A DNA stretch of 61,756 nt, counting the filler, from Basidiobolus ranarum (Eukaryota): NCBI GenBank assembly GCA_040143965.1. It is 13 parts of 13 records of this genome, joined end to end, with 100 filler letters (N's around TTAATTAATTAA, not from the genome) between each part and the next. Parts side by side here need not be neighbours in the genome. Positions count along the whole stretch, not along the records: positions 47,624 to 52,270 come from JASJQH010008755.1; positions 52,371 to 57,014 come from JASJQH010008756.1; positions 57,115 to 61,756 come from JASJQH010008757.1; 10 more parts are not named here. One strand, given 5' to 3'. The notes beneath the pieces were generated by a model. It ran no database searches, was not told the DNA's origin, and saw only the letters and a program-made list of their open reading frames with translations. The translations under genes and the position numbers were made by a program. Within the stretch, counting starts at the first letter, position 1. Every line of letters begins with the position of its first letter. Positions 49,296 to 61,756 of this stretch are shown here, piece by piece.

Positions 49296-51615
49296 AAAGC
49301 TAAAGAAAGACCGATCTCTATCCTTTTTGAATACTCTATTAGTTAGTTGCTTGTTCCGCACGTGTTTTGTATTGGATCTTACAACTTAATTCTTTGTAGA
49401 TTCCAACCTGTATCTAATTACCTAATTACTCATGTCTTTTTGGGACTACTCGCATATACTACTTTATATCTTTTATGAATATCTTATTTATCTAAATAAT
49501 TTACTAGTGAAAGAAACACAAGCATAATCAGCCTGACACTTATCTCCCTTCACAACCCCACTTAAACCTGCCAAACATTTACAACAGAGATCACTAAGCC
49601 GGAGAATAGAACCCCTACCTTGATCTACATCTTTTCTTAAGCGCGGTAGGTACAACTACTCTGCTGGTGAAAATACACGCGGTTCTCCAGCTGATGCCAA
49701 GGAATATCACGCCAAGTATTCTCTCTGTTGTGTCAGTTTTCTTGGCATCGATCTTTTGAAATGCAACCATCCCTCTAATAAACTTAACTCTTGGAATCTT
49801 TGCCATTTTGCTAGCTTATATTGGCGCATCCTTAGCTGCAGCTGTCCATATGATCACAACAATACTGCATCTATATGTATATTTCAAGATATTGCATATC
49901 CAACCTGTGCTAATAGCGGTAATAAAGCTGTATATTATCGGTACGTTTTCTGTTTCTTTGGAGATAAAACCATGAAGCAAATGTGAGAGTATTTATTAGC
50001 ATAACAGTGTAGTGTCCCATATCTTGAAAAGAGTAGGTGGAGTATCTTCTAACAGTGATTTCAGGGGGAGTGTCAATTTTGGAACTTTATTAAATCACGG
50101 AAATTCGAAGGAACTGAGACCTCCAGCAGTTGGCGAATCGATCGAGCGGAATGAACCTGTCAACGATTTAAGCAGCTACACGCTGAGGTGTGGAATTTTT
50201 TGTTAGTGACTGTAAGTGTTTGAATGGCAGCTGGGGAAGCTCCAAAATGTGGTTTCTTCTAGATTACCTCACACAAAATCATCAATAAAATCAACCAATC
50301 ACTGCTTACTATAAACACATACGGTAAACAAGTTTATTACCGCTCCTCAAGTGTCAATGAAAATATAGAATCTTGACGCTCTTACCGACCTTGAATCACT
50401 TGGCAGAGCTGTGGAGCAGCCTAGATTGTCGATACCTGATAATCCCATCCGGTCAAACAATTTAAAGGGTTATAAACTGTTTCTTGTACTCCAGAAACCG
50501 GTTTTTGATGACTGCACCGTAAACAGGTATATATCAACTTATAGGCGGATTACTAGAGTAGCAGCCCATCTATTTTATACTTAGCCTATTGACATTCTTC
50601 TAGCTTCAGCTTGAGACTGTCGTATCAATTTCTTGATCCCTGAATAGTACACGAAAACTTGATTTAATAAGGAAATTGAACCCATCCTGAATTGGCTATA
50701 ATCTTTTAGCCTGCATATAGGTTTGTTTAGATTAAGAATTTATCCGGACTCTAAGCCGGAGTAAAGCAAGAATGTCATGATATTTCAAGCTAGACCATGG
50801 ACATCCTGGTGGAGGCATTGCTAGCACATCATTAAGATAAGACATAGCATCTGCCTTGGATCTTTTAACTCTCAGGAAGTAGGAATCTTGGCAATGCTAT
50901 GCTGTTGATAACATACCGTTTTCAGAGCAGTTCCAGTAACTATATGTCTTCCGCTTCAAATCTTTAGAATCTATGGCTCAACTTTCCCTACGATATTAGC
51001 ATGAATTTGATCATTTAAGCCCGTATCGATCTTCAAACATATATCAACTTTACAGTCTTTGTGTTTACTCACGTAAGAGGAGGAACCTTCCAGCGTACGC
51101 ATCTAAATTAACAGGAATAGTGCAGCATTCTAGAACAATCAAACAATTAAAAGAGGATCTTGAACTTTAGCCTCCTCTAATAATAAGTAAAAGGCAACGT
51201 TGAATGAATTTACAAGTCAATCAGCAACCAGCGTAAGGACACGCACTAATCACGCTTCCACTGTGGAATATCTCAACTATATGGAGACAATTAGAATTTG
51301 TTAAGCGAAATGAATCAAATCTTCATTTTAACCATGTATAATTGGAAAGATATGTATCACAGTACAGTAAATGTATATTTCAGTTAAGCTTAAACTGTAT
51401 ATCGACACACCAAGAACAGACTTAAAACAAATCCATTATCATATTTACCCTTCTGCTTCTGATATTAGTTTAATGGATCTTTAGAAATCACTTGAAATAT
51501 CTTCCAATATAAAAAGGTGTGCTTAGGGTCGTGTTAAATTCATTTTGCTGGGCTCGTTTATCTTTAGCCCTCGCGTTCTTAATTCTGCATATTATTTAAC
51601 GTTTACTGAGTTGGC

Positions 51616-52270
51616 ATGCCCGATTCTACTACTATTCCCGAGGTATGTACGCCATATCATACCTACGACATTGAATATGTAGCCAAGGTGCTAAGCACTG
51701 ATATAGAGAAAGGTCTCAATTCGCAACAAGTTATTGAGCGTTTCCAAGAGTACGGTTCTAATCAAATCTCTGGTAATGGAGGAGTTAGTCCCTGGAAAGT
51801 TCTTTTCAGGCAAATTGCCAATGCCCTAACTATTGTTCTTGTGGCTGCAATGGCAATTGCCTTCTCTGCGAAGGACTGGGTAGAAGGCGCTGTCATTGGT
51901 GTTGTTATTGTTACCAATGCCTCTATTGGATTTTTTCAAGAATACCGTGCTGAAAAGACCATGGACTCTCTTCGTAAAATGTCATCTCCTACATCACGCG
52001 TCATACGAGATGGGAACTTGGTTCACATCCCCACTACAAATCTTGTCCCTGGCGACCTGCTTCTATTTGAGAATGGAGATGTTGTTGGTGGTGATGCTCG
52101 ACTCATAGAGCAGTTCAACCTGGAGGTGGATGAAGCCTTACTGACTGGCGAATCCCTCCCTGTTCCAAAAGTTCTTGAGACATTAAAGAATCCCAATGAA
52201 CCAATTGGGGATCGTATCAATTTGATCTACTCCAGTACCACTGTCACTAAAGGTCGGGGTCGTGGTATTG
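51616..52270 (+). CDS. ENA1: ENA-type (P2D) Na+/K+-exporting P-type ATPase, 5' part
   Basis: GVSPWKVLFRQIANA, GFFQEYRAEKTMDSLRKMSSP, LVPGD, VDEALLTGESLPV, IGDRINL.YSST.VTKGRGRGI. Confidence 0.88.
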
Positions 52271-52589
52271 NNNNNNNNNNNNNNNNNNNNNNNNNNNNNN
52301 NNNNNNNNNNNNNNTTAATTAATTAANNNNNNNNNNNNNNNNNNNNNNNNNNNNNNNNNNNNNNNNNNNNAAGTAAATTCCGATTGAGAATAATTGATAA
52401 TATCTTAGTGAATTATAAGATAACTAAGTACTAAGCTATATATGACTATATAGGTGTTTAGGCAATGCTAATTTCAACAAATACCTGGCAGAATGCAAGC
52501 CAATGATATTATGATGGTTCTCTGATGGCTTTGCAATCCCAAAGGATGGATCCAATCCAGATCAAATTGGTTTTATTTTTGTTAGAGTA

Positions 52590-54465
52590 ATTCTCCAAAC
52601 CACTTCTAACAGGCTCTCAAATACTTTAACAGGTTATATGCCGCAAGCTTGCACACTTTGTAATGTCTACTTCTTAAATTTATGGAACTTTTCCCTCTTC
52701 TGAAAAATATGGATGGAATCAATTATCAAGTTTGGAGATTTCAAATGAAAATGCTGCTCCAAGAAAAAGAACTTCGGGACACATTGTAGGAGAAGAAAAC
52801 AATGCAAAATGGCTTAATGTTAAAGACAAATTGCTAATTCAATATTCAAGAGCCAAAACTGCCAAGAAGGTATGGAAAGCCTTGGGAGATACCTACCAAA
52901 CAAGTTCTGCTGCCAACAAGATGCTTCTAAGAAGACAATGCTTTAGCTTACAGATGAAGCCAGGAGAAAACATTGAATCACTAATTACTAGAGTCACTAC
53001 TTTATTGGATAAAATGGAATGCATTGGAATACCTACCACTGTTCAAGAATCATGAACTGAAAATTTGACCTTAAATAATGTATATGGCAGACTTCTGGAT
53101 GAAGATTTATGCAAGTCAGGATCCAAACAAAAGAATGAAGACAATGCAATAATTGGCTATGGGAAACCTTCCTATTAAGGTCAAAAGCACTTTAAGAAGA
53201 AAAGTAATTCATTCTGTAATTACTGTAAAAGAACTGGCCATTTAAGCAAAGATTGCATTAAAAGAATTGCAAAAGAAGAAAAATGTACTGAATCTGCAAA
53301 TGTGGTAACAACAGAAGATCACTTGTTCATATCTGCTCTATCTATGACTACCAGCAAGGATTCTCAGATGTGGTATATTGATTCTGGAGCCTCTCAACAA
53401 TTCACAAATGAAAAACATTGGTTTGTGGATTATGAAGAAGATCTATGTATCTGAGAACTGCTAAGTTGGTAAAAATATTGCAAGTAAAATCCAAAAGAAT
53501 TAAGAATAATGGATAATATCTTAGTGAATTATAAGATAACTGAGTACTAAGCTATATGACTCTATAGGTGTTTAGGCAATGCTAATTTCAACAGGATCTG
53601 TGCTTAAAATGCACATATTCGGGATCAAAGTTTGATCTGATGTGATATTCAGATGCAAATTGGGGAGGAGATATTGAAGAGATCTACAACAGGATACTTA
53701 ATTCTGTGTTATAATGGAGCTATTTCTTGGAATTCAAAGAAGCAGCCTACCATAGCACTTTCAAAAATGGAAGCAGAATACATGGCTGCCTGTGAAGCAA
53801 CAAAACAAGCAATATGGTTAAGAAAATTCTTAATAGATTTAGGTTATTCACAAAACCCACCAACTACAATTTTTCAAGATAATCAAAGTTGCTTCAAATT
53901 AGCTAAAAGTCCCATGCTTCATGATAGAAGCAAAGATATATATATTACGCTTCACTTCATTAGAGAGACTTGAGAGAATAAGTTTATTGACCTGACTTAT
54001 TATTGTACAGAAGACATGATTCCTGATGAATTAACCAAACCATTAGCTAGACAGAAATTTGAGAAATTTAGACCTTTATTAGGATTAGTTTATATGACTA
54101 TTTAGTTGAGGTAGAATATTGAAATTGGCATTGCCTAAACATGTATATAGTCATATATAGCTTAATACTTAGTTATCTTATAACTCACTAAGATAATACC
54201 CATTATTCTCAATTGGAATTTACTTGGAATATTTTTACCAACTTAGAAGTTCTCAGATATATAGATTTTTGCAAGCTTGTACTAGAAGCCCCAAACTTTG
54301 CACACATGTTCCTGGGACCTTCTTTGACACATTCTACACGTTGGTTTGTTTACATCCTGACAAGACTATAGTTGTCAACTTTCTACCCAATAAATGAATA
54401 AGTGAAAGCCACCAATTCCTCTGATTCTCCAAACCAATTCTAACAGGCTCCCAAATACTTTGACA
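52590..54465 (+). mobile_element. Internally deleted copia element (family B): LTR end, PBS, gag/protease, RNase H, PPT and 3' LTR 54117-54465; inverted partial LTR inserted at 53445-53593
   Basis: ..TTTAACA-GGTTATATGCC; AANKMLLRRQCFSLQM; CNYCKRTGHLSKDC; WYIDSGASQ; ISWNSKKQPTIALSKMEAEY; TTGAGGTAGAA before the LTR. Confidence 0.92.
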
Positions 54466-54599
54466 ATTAGACATCTTTTTATTAGAGAGACTATAGAGAT
54501 TAAGCTTATTGACTAAACTTACTGCTCTACAGAAGATACAATTGCTGATATGTTAACCAAGCCAATAGCTAGACAGAAATTCAAGAAATTTAGACCTTC

Positions 54600-55465
54600 C
54601 TAGTTATCTTATATTTCATTAAGATATTACCCATTGATCTCCAATGGAATTTACTTGGAATATTTTTACCAACTTAGAGGTTCTCAGATATATAGGTTTT
54701 TCAACCTTGTGCTAGAAGCCCCAAACTTTGAACACATGTTTCTGGGACCTCCCTAAGCACATTCTACATGTTAGTCTGCTTACATTGAGACACAACTATA
54801 AGTGTCAACTTTCAACTGAATATATCAATAAGTGAATACCATCTACTTCTTTGATTCTCCAAGCCACTGCCTACAGGCTCTCAAATACTTTAACAGTTTA
54901 GGCTATGCTAATTTCAACTGAAACTTACCACTTGTTCAAAGTAATCTCAGGAAGGCACCTTATGCTCCCTCATGTGTTTACAAATACATTTCCATTTTTG
55001 ACTTCCTAGAATCTTACTGGAATGTATACATACCATATTTCTGGTCTCTTGCTAAATATTGGTTAAACTTGCTGTAACATTATTTTTTCAAACTCTTTTG
55101 AGTACCTCCAATTCTCAAAAGGTTTACTATACTTCTGACGATTTGTTGGGACTTTCAACCGTGAGAAACTTCTTGGTCAATTATTGACATAAGCATTGGG
55201 TTTACAATGTTGATTACAGCCAATTGTCTAAGCTTTTACCTTGTTGGCTTTGACACTGAATTTTATCTACTTCAGGGAATTAAAGTTTCTTTCGGCGGTA
55301 TATTTGTTGCAATTAGCATGTCCTAAGCATCTATATAGTCATACAACTTAGTATTTAGTTATGACTTTCCTTAACAAATTCTACATATTTGTTTGTTTAC
55401 CTCTTGACAAAACTATGAATGTCAGCTTTCTACTCAATAAAGCAACAAGTGAAAACCCCCAATTC
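54600..55465 (+). repeat. Additional LTR-B remnants (about 54600-54895 and 55304-55465; also minus-strand at 52371-52479)
   Basis: Direct similarity to 54117-54465. Confidence 0.8.
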
Positions 55466-55999
55466 TAGCTCTAAAATATTGAGTAGATCGGTATAAGCAA
55501 ATAGAAGCAATTGGCATCTTGTATAGAAAGTCACTTGGGACAACACCAGATTGAATCACTCATATTTCACCATGAGGATCTGTACACGCAGACTACCAAA
55601 TCGTGTAGGCCTTGATTATTGTCTGATCAAAAATATTTTAGTGCTTTTTTGGTATAATTTGAGTTAGTGCGAAAGCTACGCCACCAGCTATGTCTTACTG
55701 AGTATCCATAAGATTCAGCTTACCGCACTAGAGAGATTTATTATAGGTGTAGTAAGAGAGCAAGTTTGAGGGAAATTCTTAGATTCCCCTCTCGATATAG
55801 ATTGATAGAACGGGCACCACTTGCCTCCTACAGTCAAACATGATTGCGATGTCTTTGTGTCTCCTCAAGAGAAACAACATATTTCTTGATGCGTTCGGTT
55901 CCCTCCTGCCCTATTATCACGCCTCAAAGAGAGCTATCTGTCAGCAGAATCGGCACCTATAAAGGGGAGCTACACAATCAAATACTGAAGCAATGAAAG

Positions 56000-56940
56000 T
56001 GATCAACGAAACTTAAATCTCAAATTGGCCAAATCAATGATAATTGAAGCACCCACCGTACTACGTAATTGGGATTCTAAGCGATTCACTTCAGATTCCA
56101 GATCAAATGAGTAGCAGCATAGCCATCGCCATCGTGTGGTCCTTTTTAGTACCTGTCACAGCTGGTCTTTGTTGAAAGCGGATGGGGAGAGATCTCTGGG
56201 CGGAATACGAAGTGAGCGCCATTAGGCCTTAAAGCAGGTACAAACCAGATTGTTTGAATACACTTAGATGCCGCCAATACGATTGCTAGAGTTTTGGATG
56301 ACCATGGCATCTATAATGCCCTCTTCACTCAACACCCAATGCAAGAGCCGATGCTACAACTTGCCAAATAAATAGTGCACAGACATCTGCTTAACTGCTC
56401 TATTCTTAGTGCTCCAATAGGGCCAAGCTTCAGGCCCATCCAATCACGAGAACGCTTGGTGCGTATAAACCAGATTATTCCGGAGTAGATCCTCTTGTTG
56501 TGAGAACCCGTGAGTCAATGTGGCGCAGACTTCATCCATGAAACTGAATCGAAAGAAAGCTGGCATTAATCATCTGAAAGGTGCAGAGTAGAGTCCCCAT
56601 TCTCCAATGAAAAGGATTTGCCCTACAGCGAGCTTGAGTCCAGCAAAGCCACTTTGTGGAATGTTTTGTTTCCAACTAGCTTTTTGTTAGGAAACCGCCA
56701 TTGTGAGCATCCACAGCAGCATCTAGCCTTAGTAGCCTTGGTCGTTGAAAGATACCATACCCGTTCTGAAGTGCAGAAATAAATAATCTGAATTGACGTA
56801 AGGGATCCAGTACTAGTTTGATATCTGATATCAATTCCTATTGTAACTGAATAGTCCACGATCCACAGAATCACGACCACTGGACTTTATATGCTGTCAT
56901 TTGACCTGCCTTGAGAACATCAAGATACCTTCATATTATA
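56000..56940 (+). mobile_element. Highly degenerate Ty3/gypsy pol relic (RT-RNase H linker, integrase, GPY/F-like end)
   Basis: Fragments LKLAKSMIIEAPTVLRNWDSKRF, WAEY..RYKPD.LN, RINQII.E..SPF and DVRDPVLV..YML.FDLP occur in gypsy order; many stops. Confidence 0.45.
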
Positions 56941-56952
56941 CCAGGACTCCCA

Positions 56953-57013
56953 TCAATATCCACCGATAGCACAAATCGGCGGGCTCGTTTGGCACCTCGA
57001 TGTCGACTCATCA
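56953..57013 (+). rRNA. Short fragment of mitochondrial/bacterial-type LSU rRNA peptidyl-transferase region (NUMT or chimeric contig end)
   Basis: GTTTGGCACCTCGATGTCG at 56987-57005 is the conserved 23S-type motif (E. coli about 2490-2508). The flanks gatagcacaaatcggcggg and actcatc also align. Confidence 0.7.
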
Positions 57014-57114
57014 GNNNNNNNNNNNNNNNNNNNNNNNNNNNNNNNNNNNNNNNNNNNNTTAATTAATTAANNNNNNNNNNNNNNNNNNNNNNNNNNNNNN
57101 NNNNNNNNNNNNNN

Positions 57115-59050
57115 CATAATTGGCTTACACACTGTTGATTCCCCATCTTAAATTTTTGATGAAATCACTCAAATATAGATCATGGATCCAATACCAAAGT
57201 ACTCACCATAAAGCTGACAGTATTACCAATATACTTGATGGATATCACTATCAGAATGTGAAAAGTCAAGATTTCTTTGAGAACATATATGCTCATGCAT
57301 TTGCGTTGCCTCTGGAAAGTTTCTCACTAAACAAATATATCATTGGAAAGGCTTACTAGCTAATAATTTTAATTAACATATATCTTTCTCTTTTGGTATG
57401 GTATAAGAATCATAATATTTTGAAACTATCCATCATATCTGGACCAAAATCACCACTGCATGTAGAAAGCTTCTTGGGGCTTTGATTGTGGAATTGAATA
57501 GTTATCTATTGGGGTTCAGATTGGTGAATATTTTTTAAAACCAACTTCATTGCATGTAATGGTGACACTCCTGTCATCAGTAAACCTGCAGGTTCTTTCA
57601 GGCACCATGCACTATATTGGTGTAGATGCTATCACATATATGCAGTTTACTCTACCAGGCATACATATTGCTATCTTCTAAATACAGCACTAAGCTCCAT
57701 GATATTACCATCAAGAGCCTAGTCTGGTTTGACGTGCTCACCAATATGTTTTTACCACATAGTCAGTCAAACATCAAACTAGGGATTAGCCATAAGCCCA
57801 AGATTACTTTGCTAAAGGTTATCACCTCAAGCCAGAGCTTCCCATCAGGCACCATGCACTTACAATTCAATAACAAACCAATACTAATTACTCAGCCAGA
57901 TAGTGGAAAGTTCAATATGAATACACCATTTAAGAAAGGATACAAGGTTGAATTGAGTGGGAAAATGTTTGAAAACATCAAGATGCCATCATATTTTACC
58001 ATGACTCTCATGGATATCCACTCAACTATATGTTTGTTTAAATGCTAAGACTGGAAGTATGGGATTTGTATAAATTCAAGTGGAATCTTGAAAAGATTTC
58101 TGCCTGATAAGTACTGGCAACACTTGCAGCTGTTTGTGGATACTGTAAATATATACTCATGGCTTCAATTCACTTTGATAGATCTCAGAGAGATCTGGCC
58201 ACTGTGTGGAGATTTTGTAATTGGATATGAAAAACTAGATTACAGGTTTAAACAAGTTGGCAGAATTGATGCTGGTATTTAATACACTCCCTGTGGCTTC
58301 TTTCACAATGCTTAGAGATTATGGGCCCTTGTTATACATTCTGGGAATTTCTCATGTGGCACACCTGCAGTGAAATGATGCTCTGAGTGAAATCAACAGT
58401 TTTATCTTTTGCTAATTGGATTAAAAACATATCAGTAAAATTGGTGATGAGTGTAATGCAATAGGTTAGGGAGACTGCCAAGTATATCAACCTTCCAACA
58501 AAGGCTTCTTTTCAATGTGCTCATGGGTTTTCACATTGTTTTCACAATAATAGCAACAAAACCCAATCTATGGCCTGAGAGTAAGTGCATCTATAACCCA
58601 GACTAATTTGTTTGTATGCTAATCTGATGATATTTCTTGGAAATCTGCAAGAGAGTCTTCTTGGTGAGATAGATGGAGATATGCAGCATTATTGTTTTAG
58701 CCATGAAGCAATCTATTCAAATAAAGACACATCTACTTGTGGCAGAACATGTGTTGACTGCAAGCTGGGGATATATTGGCTGAATTCTTAGTGGAAATTT
58801 TCCAAAATCCAGGAGTGTTTTCATATTGTAAACAGAACAAGAGTCAGCTATTTGCCAAGTATCAGTGCAATACAAAATTTCTGATGTTTAGCAATTCTTC
58901 CACCATTACTTTGCTAGTAAAGTATACTGAAGTTGTTTGGTAATGTATGATCTGTCAGGTATGTGCATATGTAGAGACTAAGTGCAACAAGATTTTTGTA
59001 TGTTTTGATTCTCTTCATGGCTAATATACAGAGCATTAAATATCTAAATA
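57115..59050 (+). mobile_element. CACTA/EnSpm transposase, decayed
   Basis: ITNILDGYHY, ISGPKSP, GDTPVISK, DWKYGICI.SSGILKRFLPDKYWQHL, GPCYTFWEF; homologous to 13620-14213 and 30295-30975. Confidence 0.88.
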
Positions 59051-59349
59051 AAGGCATGCAAATTAATACAAATTCCTACAGCAGTAAATGCAGTAATTTG
59101 CCATTTAAAAATTAGTTTTGTTCAAGAATTATTGGAAATTGAACAACATATGCCTAATATAGGGATCACTATTTTGCCATGTTTTTATACCATCAAAATA
59201 CTCTCAAGAAGCTGCCATCTCACCATTTAAATCCCTGGCAGAATGCAAGCTACTGGTGTTGTAATTGTTCTCTGACAGTTTTGTAATCTAGAAGGGAGGA
59301 TTTGATCTGGGTCAAAGTGATTTTATTTTTGTTAGGGTAAAAATAAATT

Positions 59350-61030
59350 ACTAAATCAATGTTCAAGAGCTAAAACTGTTACAAAGGTATGGGAAGCCTT
59401 GGAAGATGCTGCCAAACAAGTTCTGCTGCCAACAAGATGTTTCTAAGTAGACAATTCCTTAACTTAAAGATGTAGTCAGGAGAAGTCATTACATCACTAA
59501 TTCATAGAGTCACTATTTTAGTGGATAAATAGAATTCATTGGAGTACCTAACACTGATCAAGATATCATAGTTACAGTCTTGAATAGCCTGCCACACAAG
59601 GTTTGGCATCTAATAATGGCTGTAGAATCAAGAACTAAAAATTTGATCATTAATTATATATTTGGCAAACTTCTGAATGAGGATTTATGCTCATTAAGAT
59701 ATAACCATCATAATGAAGAAAATGTTTCAATAGGCTATAGGAAACCTTTCTATAAAGGTAAAATACAATCTAAGAAGAAAAGTAACACATTCTGTGACTA
59801 CTGTAAAAAAATGGGCCATTTAAGAAAAGATGGCAATAAAAGAATTGCAAAAGAAGAAGAATGTAATAAATCAGGAAATGTTGTTACAACAGAAGATCAT
59901 TTGTTCACATCTGCTCTTTCTATGACTATCAACAAGGACTCTCAGATGTGGTATAATGATTCAGGAGTCTCCCAACTTTTCAAAAATGCAAAAATTGGTT
60001 AGTGGATTATGAAGAGATCCTGGTTAGAAAGGTTTTTGTGAGGGATGACTACACATTGGATGCTATTAGAATTGATACAATTCAAGTCAATATAACTGGA
60101 GCTTCTAATAAAAATTGTCTACTTTTAAGGATGTACTACAACTTCAATATATTCCAAAAATTTAATATCTGTATTCAAGGCCACCACACAAGGGCTAAAT
60201 TTCAATTCTGATTAGTCATGGCTGGAACACAGCCAGATATTGCACATTCTGTGGGAGTAATGTGCCAATATCTTCAAAATTAAGGACCTGATCAAATCAT
60301 AGCATTTAAGTGTATTTTCAGATATTTGACAGGTACTGTGGATCTGTGCATAAAATACACATATTCTGGATCAAACTTTGATATAATGGGATATTTATCT
60401 GCAAAAGAGGGCAGAGATATTGAAGACAGGAGATATGCAACAGGATACTTTTTCTTGCTGTAATGGAGCTATATCTTGGAATTCAAAGAAACAGCCTACC
60501 ATGGCACTTTCAACAACAGAAGTTGAATACATGGCTGCTGGTGAAGAAACAAGAAAAGTAATAAGATGCAAGAAACTCTTAACAAATTGGTATTATTCTC
60601 AAAATTCACCAACTACAATATCTGAAGATAATCAAAGTTGAATTAAATCAGCTAAAAATCCCATATTTCATGATAGTAGCAAACACACAGATGTTTGACA
60701 TCATTTTATTTAAGAAACTATTGAGAATACATTAATTGGCTCTACTTATTGTTCTGACCAGTTATAATTACTGATATATTAGCAAAACTACTAATGAATT
60801 TTTACCAACTTAGGAGTTCTCACATGTATAGATTTTTAAAACTTGTGCTAGAAAGCCAAAACTTTCAACACATGCTCCTAGGACCTACATTAAGATGTTC
60901 TACAAGTTAATTTGTTTATATGCTGACAAAACTATAAATGTCAACTTTCTACTCAATAAATCAATAAGTGATAAACACAAATTCCTCCAATTCTCCATAC
61001 TACTTTCCACAGGCTCCCAAGTACTTTAAC
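59350..61030 (+). mobile_element. Deleted copia element (gag, protease, RT/RNase H pieces, LTR-B at about 60797-61030)
   Basis: LNSLP, CDYCKKMGH, WYNDSGVSQ, ISWNSKKQPTMALSTTEVEY; homologous to 52850-54465. Confidence 0.9.
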
Positions 61031-61034
61031 CTTA

Positions 61035-61756
61035 AGTTCTGGGAGTTGCCAATGGTGTGCACCCGCAGTCAAACAAAGTATCTTGTAAGATAGTTAGTAT
61101 TACAATATTCTGATGAGATTGACAGTGTATCAGCAGACTTGGTGATGCATATATTGAAAGAGGTTGAGGAGACTACAGATTATATTTACCTTCCAACAAA
61201 GGGCTCTTTTCAATGTGCTCACAGGTCTTTGCATTGTTTGAGCACAATAACAGCAACAAAGCCCAATCCGTGGACATGGAGTAAGTACCTCCATAATCCA
61301 GACTGATTTGTTTGTGTCATAATCTGATGGTATTTCTAGGATAGCCGCAAGACAAACTTCCTGGTGAGATGGATCAACATACTGAGTATCATTGCTGTAG
61401 CCTTGGGATAATCTATTTAAGCTAAGACATATCTACTTGTGGCAGGGTATTGGTTGACTGCAAGTTGGGGATATTTTGGCTGTATTCTTTATGGCAATTT
61501 GCCAAAATCCATGAGCTTATTCTCATTATGAGCTGTAACAAGAGTTGGCTATTGCCAAGTGTCAGTGTTATCAGAATTCAGATCTTTAGCACTTTTTCTG
61601 CCCTTAGTTTGCTGGTAAAGCACATTGATGTTGTTGAGCTATGTCTGATTGGTCAAGTATGTGCATATGTAGAGACTAAACACCATGAGATTGTTGCATT
61701 TTTTAATTATCATTATGGCTGGAATACAAATCCTAAAATATGCAAATCAACACATG
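61035..61756 (+). mobile_element. Second CACTA 3' fragment
   Basis: Diverged direct repeat of about 58338-59050. Confidence 0.8.

Noticed and set aside
49620-49975. Hydrophobic plus-strand frame with one TGA (membrane-protein relic?)
   Set aside because: No start codon and no recognisable motif; AT-rich DNA readily gives hydrophobic translations.
14314-52270. Functional gene cluster linking cyclin, MFS, OYE, RasGEF, arrestin and ENA
   Set aside because: The genes lie on separate contigs joined arbitrarily. Only cyclin + TRAF7-like and arrestin + ENA are physically adjacent.
56040-56130. Minus-strand YSFDLESEVNRL resembling mitovirus RdRp motif A
   Set aside because: No GQPMG or GDD motifs follow, even reading TGA as Trp; the plus strand fits gypsy pol better.
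1-61756. CRISPR arrays, tRNA genes, prokaryotic operons or defence systems
   Set aside because: None seen. The GGGCTCATAACC match is a retrotransposon PBS, not a tRNA gene, and the GTTCGA hits I checked lie in coding sequence.

Overview
This window is not one locus. It is 13 unrelated contigs (4672 down to 4642 bp, sorted by length) joined by 100-nt N44-TTAATTAATTAA-N44 spacers, so nothing can be inferred about linkage across spacers. The DNA is eukaryotic and fungal-like, with short GT-AG introns and fungal-type genes; an early-diverging fungus (Basidiobolus-like) is my inference only. Gene-bearing contigs encode a B-type cyclin, a RING-TRAF-zinc-finger-7xWD40 protein with TRAF7 architecture, an MFS transporter whose model includes a 3-nt ATG micro-exon, tandem Old Yellow Enzyme genes, a MIT-like/RasGEF protein with a very long acidic tail, a coiled-coil protein with CC1-box-like and Spindly-like motifs, an alpha-arrestin, an ENA-type P-type ATPase and two orphan secreted proteins. 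The other contigs are strongly CpG-depleted piles of decayed transposons: Ty1/copia with two ~350-bp LTR families, CACTA/EnSpm, a PIF/Harbinger-ISL2-like transposase, long-TIR foldbacks and a Ty3/gypsy relic. One contig ends in a short organellar/bacterial-type LSU rRNA fragment. All homology calls come from motif recognition by eye and memory; no database searches were run.
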